Below the pieces are notes generated by a model. It saw nothing but the letters and a program-made list of their open reading frames with translations. It ran no database searches and had not been told where the DNA came from. DNA of 48,051 nucleotides from a virus (lineage: Duplodnaviria > Caudoviricetes): positions 1 through 48,051 of IMG/VR virus record IMGVR_UViG_3300012663_001434; one strand, 5' to 3'. This document shows, one piece after another, positions 45,289 to 48,051 of this stretch. The position numbers were made by a program, and so were the translations under genes. Every line of letters begins with the position of its first letter. Positions within the stretch are counted from its first letter, which is position 1.

Positions 45289-45804
45289 ATGAAAATTACT
45301 CTTACAAACTATAATCTCGTCGTAGAAAAAGCTAAAGCTTCATTTGAAAAATACGCTAAAGTAAGTCAAAACGGTAGCGGTCGGTATCGACACAATACTA
45401 TTGATGGTGTTTTAGTGGGTCTGAAATGCGAAGCTGCGACACATCAATTTTTAACTAGTAATGGTATTGCTGCCATCCTGACTAATTCAGATAAGCAAAG
45501 TGATATTCTTTTTAAAAACTTAAAAATAGAAGTTAAGGGCTTGAGGGTCCAACAGTGGGATAAATTCAAAAGATGTATCCCTCCAAAACAGCTAGAATTT
45601 TACGCTCGTCAAAAAGCGTTGGTTGTTTGGGGAGTTACTGATGTATCATCATCTAATGATGAAGTGACCTTAAAGGGTTGGAATTTCGCTCAAGACCTCA
45701 TTGATAAGGGTGTGTTTCGGAAAACGATTTGTGATAACGTTTGGCTAGAGCATGATTCTGATATGCGGAACTTGAGTGAATTGATAGATTTTATGCGAAT
45801 GTAG
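45289..45804 (+). CDS. Putative PD-(D/E)XK nuclease; stop overlaps the next tRNA
   Basis: G..CE...SDILF..KIEVKG. Confidence 0.55.
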   Translation: MKITLTNYNLVVEKAKASFEKYAKVSQNGSGRYRHNTIDGVLVGLKCEAATHQFLTSNGIAAILTNSDKQSDILFKNLKIEVKGLRVQQWDKFKRCIPPKQLEFYARQKALVVWGVTDVSSSNDEVTLKGWNFAQDLIDKGVFRKTICDNVWLEHDSDMRNLSELIDFMRM

Positions 45805-45871
45805 CGCAACTGGCAGAGGCAATAGTTCAAGGGACTATATAGTGCGGGTTCGAATCCCGCCATTCGCACCA
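45795..45871 (+). tRNA. tRNA-Leu(AAG), short V loop, C33
   Basis: ATAGT-TC AAG GG-ACTAT; CCA. Confidence 0.8.
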
Positions 45872-45874
45872 AAT

Positions 45875-45955
45875 GGCTCAGTTGACAAAACAGGTAAAGT
45901 CGCTTCGCTTAGAACGAAGAATATCTTGTGGGTTCGACTCCCACCTGAGCTACCA
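45875..45955 (+). tRNA. tRNA-Leu(TAG)
   Basis: CTTCG-CT TAG AA-CGAAG; CCA. Confidence 0.88.
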
Positions 45956-45971
45956 ATTTACAAAACAAAAA

Positions 45972-46214
45972 ATGATAAACAAAGACACTCTAGTAACTGC
46001 TGCATGGTGCGGTCCATGTAAAACAATCAAATCTTTTCTTGCTTCAAAGCCAAAAGACATCGATTTTGTCGATGCCGATGAGAATAAAGATTTCTGTAAA
46101 GAATGGGGAATCAGAGCAGTTCCTACTTTAATTACCGTTAAAAACGAAAAAATAGTCGGTAATGAAAAAATCATGGAACATCTTTTGAAACTTCCTGATT
46201 TTAAAAGCGAATAA
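45972..46214 (+). CDS. Thioredoxin-like protein
   Basis: WCGPCK and IRAVPTL. Confidence 0.88.
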   Translation: MINKDTLVTAAWCGPCKTIKSFLASKPKDIDFVDADENKDFCKEWGIRAVPTLITVKNEKIVGNEKIMEHLLKLPDFKSE

Positions 46215-46229
46215 ACAATTTCTAGAATA

Positions 46230-46360
46230 AGGGTCAGCTTAGTGGCGTAATTGACCACGGGTGTTTAGATAGACAATGGAGGCGGTGAGGTTCGATTCCC
46301 AACAGGCTCTGGTGAGTATACAGCTTCTCGGAACGAACGTGAAATCCTAGACAGACCTAA
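46230..46360 (+). ncRNA. tRNA-related structured RNA of unknown class
   Basis: GTGG/CCAC D-arm-like hairpin, internal GGTTCGATTCC, ends can pair (GGGTC/GACCT). Confidence 0.35.
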
Positions 46361-46373
46361 TTTTTAATTCAAT

Positions 46374-46450
46374 GGCTCGCTGCGCTAATTGGCAATGCGG
46401 CAATACTCAAGATATTGTGTCTCTCAGTTCGAATCTGAGGCGAGCTACCA
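46374..46450 (+). tRNA. tRNA-Leu(CAA), short V loop
   Basis: CAATA-CT CAA GA-TATTG; CCA. Confidence 0.88.
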
Positions 46451-47779
46451 TTATCTGCTGATTTCTTCCCAGTCCATAGAAGCAAAAACTCTGTCGTTGG
46501 AACTGTCTGATGCAAGAACTAATGTTAATTCAAACGCCTGACTAGTAAAAGTATTTCTTTCTAGTTGAAATTTAAACAAGGCTTCTTTCAAAATATCTAA
46601 GTTAGTTGATACCGTGCTTGTAGAGGTAAAAAAACCAGAAGCCAATGTTCTTCCACCGCTAAAGCTAACGCCATCAAGTTTATATTCAACCGCAGAAGAG
46701 TCTCCAGCAGATTGCCATGCACCACCTGTTGTTACACCACTAGCAACTAAAGACCAATTAAACTTTCCTGCTGTATCACCCATTATAGATAGTGCTGTTA
46801 AAATAACAATCGCATCTAATTTAGTGGATTTTAAACGAATACTTATAATAGGGTATTTTACTCCAATAGTTCCAAGAGTTCTTGGGGAGTTGATGGGAGT
46901 AGCTATGGCTTGTTGCAAACCTCTAAGTTCGTAACCACCTTCTGAAATCACAGAAGAGCATATTTGTTTTAGTTTACTAGCACCAGAAGTCGCGGCAGTA
47001 TTTGCTATTTCATATCTAAGCGGTAAAGATGCTGTAGTGATATAAGTTGAATCAATGATGTTTGCGTGGTGAAATGTATGGCATAAAATAAATCTGCCAT
47101 TGATAACAAACCCCATTCTTACTGATCCAAGACCTAACCATTCTATGTCCATCCATAAAATCTGTGCTTTGGTTATATCTAAAGTAAATCCAGACGCACC
47201 AGTTCCATCTAGTTTATCGCCGTTCCAAGCTGATTGAGGAACTCTTGTTTCTGTAACTGGAGTGCCATCAACTAATGAGCGCTCAACGAAATTCAATGTT
47301 GAATCCACAAGTTCCAAATACATTCCATTATCAGCGCCAAAATAGCCAACTCTTTGTCTAAGACCAGTTTTCGCTGGAGACATTACAAAAGTATTTAAGT
47401 TGAGTAAGCTTTTTCCTGGTTGATAAGAAAAAACTTTTGTTGTTTCTCTAGTAACAAATGAACCAGAAGCGTTGGTTACATTTAGTTCCATTAGCCCCTC
47501 ATTTTGATTAAATGAGACACTGCCACTGACTCCACTCGCTGTTGACCAAAGATTGTTGTCGGCGTATCTATGGCTAGAATCAAACAATGTTAATGGACTT
47601 GAAGTTCTCATTCTGCCAAAAGCGTCAAAAGATGTTGATCCTTCTGAATTGGCAAAACTTAAATCGCTTTTTTCTATTGGTCTGTATGTGTCTTCAGTGC
47701 GGTCATATAAAAATGGAATTTGCCCAGCGGTGTGAGCTAATTGATTTAAATTCTGGAAATTATATTGTTGCGCTGACAT
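46451..47779 (-). CDS. Putative virion structural protein (beta-rich)
   Basis: DAFGRMRTSSPLTLFDS, YQPGKS, EWLGLGSVRMG, C-terminal WEE resemble a family common in aquatic phages. Confidence 0.6.
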   Translation of the reverse strand: MSAQQYNFQNLNQLAHTAGQIPFLYDRTEDTYRPIEKSDLSFANSEGSTSFDAFGRMRTSSPLTLFDSSHRYADNNLWSTASGVSGSVSFNQNEGLMELNVTNASGSFVTRETTKVFSYQPGKSLLNLNTFVMSPAKTGLRQRVGYFGADNGMYLELVDSTLNFVERSLVDGTPVTETRVPQSAWNGDKLDGTGASGFTLDITKAQILWMDIEWLGLGSVRMGFVINGRFILCHTFHHANIIDSTYITTASLPLRYEIANTAATSGASKLKQICSSVISEGGYELRGLQQAIATPINSPRTLGTIGVKYPIISIRLKSTKLDAIVILTALSIMGDTAGKFNWSLVASGVTTGGAWQSAGDSSAVEYKLDGVSFSGGRTLASGFFTSTSTVSTNLDILKEALFKFQLERNTFTSQAFELTLVLASDSSNDRVFASMDWEEISR

Positions 47780-47885
47780 AGTGGAAATTAATCGTTTTTA
47801 ATAAAGATCCAGACTTTTCACAGAACTGCGATTTTTTATTATAAAATATGTTACACTTTTTTTTTGCGAAAATCAATATTTAGTC

Positions 47886-47913
47886 TTGACTCGCGGCCAA
47901 TTACTGATAGAAT
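47886..47913 (+). promoter_or_regulatory. sigma70-type promoter (TTGACT-16-TAGAAT) restarting tRNA transcription
   Basis: 11 nt before tRNA-Leu(TAA). Confidence 0.7.
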
Positions 47914-47924
47914 AGGTTCACAAA

Positions 47925-48001
47925 GGCTCCATAGCCCAACGGCAGCAGGCAACAAACTTAAAATTTGTAAAGTGTGGGTTCGAATCCCACTGGAGCTACC
48001 A
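47925..48001 (+). tRNA. tRNA-Leu(TAA), short V loop
   Basis: ACAAA-CT TAA AA-TTTGT; CCA. Confidence 0.9.
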
Positions 48002-48011
48002 AACTTTCAAC

Positions 48012-48051
48012 TGGGGTGAAGCTTAACGGTCAAGCGAGCAACTCATAATTG
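48012..48051 (+). tRNA. tRNA-Met/Ile2(CAT), truncated by the window end
   Basis: D arm and CAA-CT CAT AA-TTG visible. Confidence 0.7.

Noticed and set aside
1-48051. Stop-codon recoding, suggested by the theta ribozyme
   Set aside because: Conserved genes are full length in code 11, ending mostly in TAA or TGA; no canonical suppressor tRNA found

Overview
AT-rich segment of a large dsDNA phage genome; standard genetic code, no integrase or host housekeeping genes, host not determinable from sequence. 1-3.5 kb: glycan-modification genes (GT-like, nucleotidyltransferase, FkbM, Gmd). 3.5-16.6 kb: replication/recombination genes (RecA-like, DnaB, primase, RecB-type nuclease, Pol III alpha split into PHP, exonuclease and catalytic genes), a ClpA-like ATPase and an APH-like pseudokinase. 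16.6-25.4 kb: repeat-rich fibre protein, SET domain, GT4/GT9, putative ssDNA-binding/annealing proteins, GNAT. 25.4-34.3 kb (minus): lambda-like tail tip L-K-I-J, with J broken by a 70-bp duplication. 34.3-40.1 kb: accessory genes (sulfotransferase, GT14, Mom-like, GIY-YIG, NDT-like, HNH). 40.2-48 kb: an array of about 30 tRNA genes interleaved with many non-tRNA RNAs. Highlights of the array: a ~250-nt RNA carrying the 23S rRNA uL11-binding (GTPase-associated centre) core split by two structured insertions and invaded by an HNH gene; a theta/HDV-like ribozyme exactly at a tRNA-Glu 3' end; two related Y-RNA-like RNAs, one with a permuted tRNA module; several CCA-ended tRNA-like RNAs; and an upstream leader-peptide/attenuator. 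A GTGTAA motif 8-9 nt before many start codons suggests a phage-specific promoter. All calls are by eye; no searches were run.
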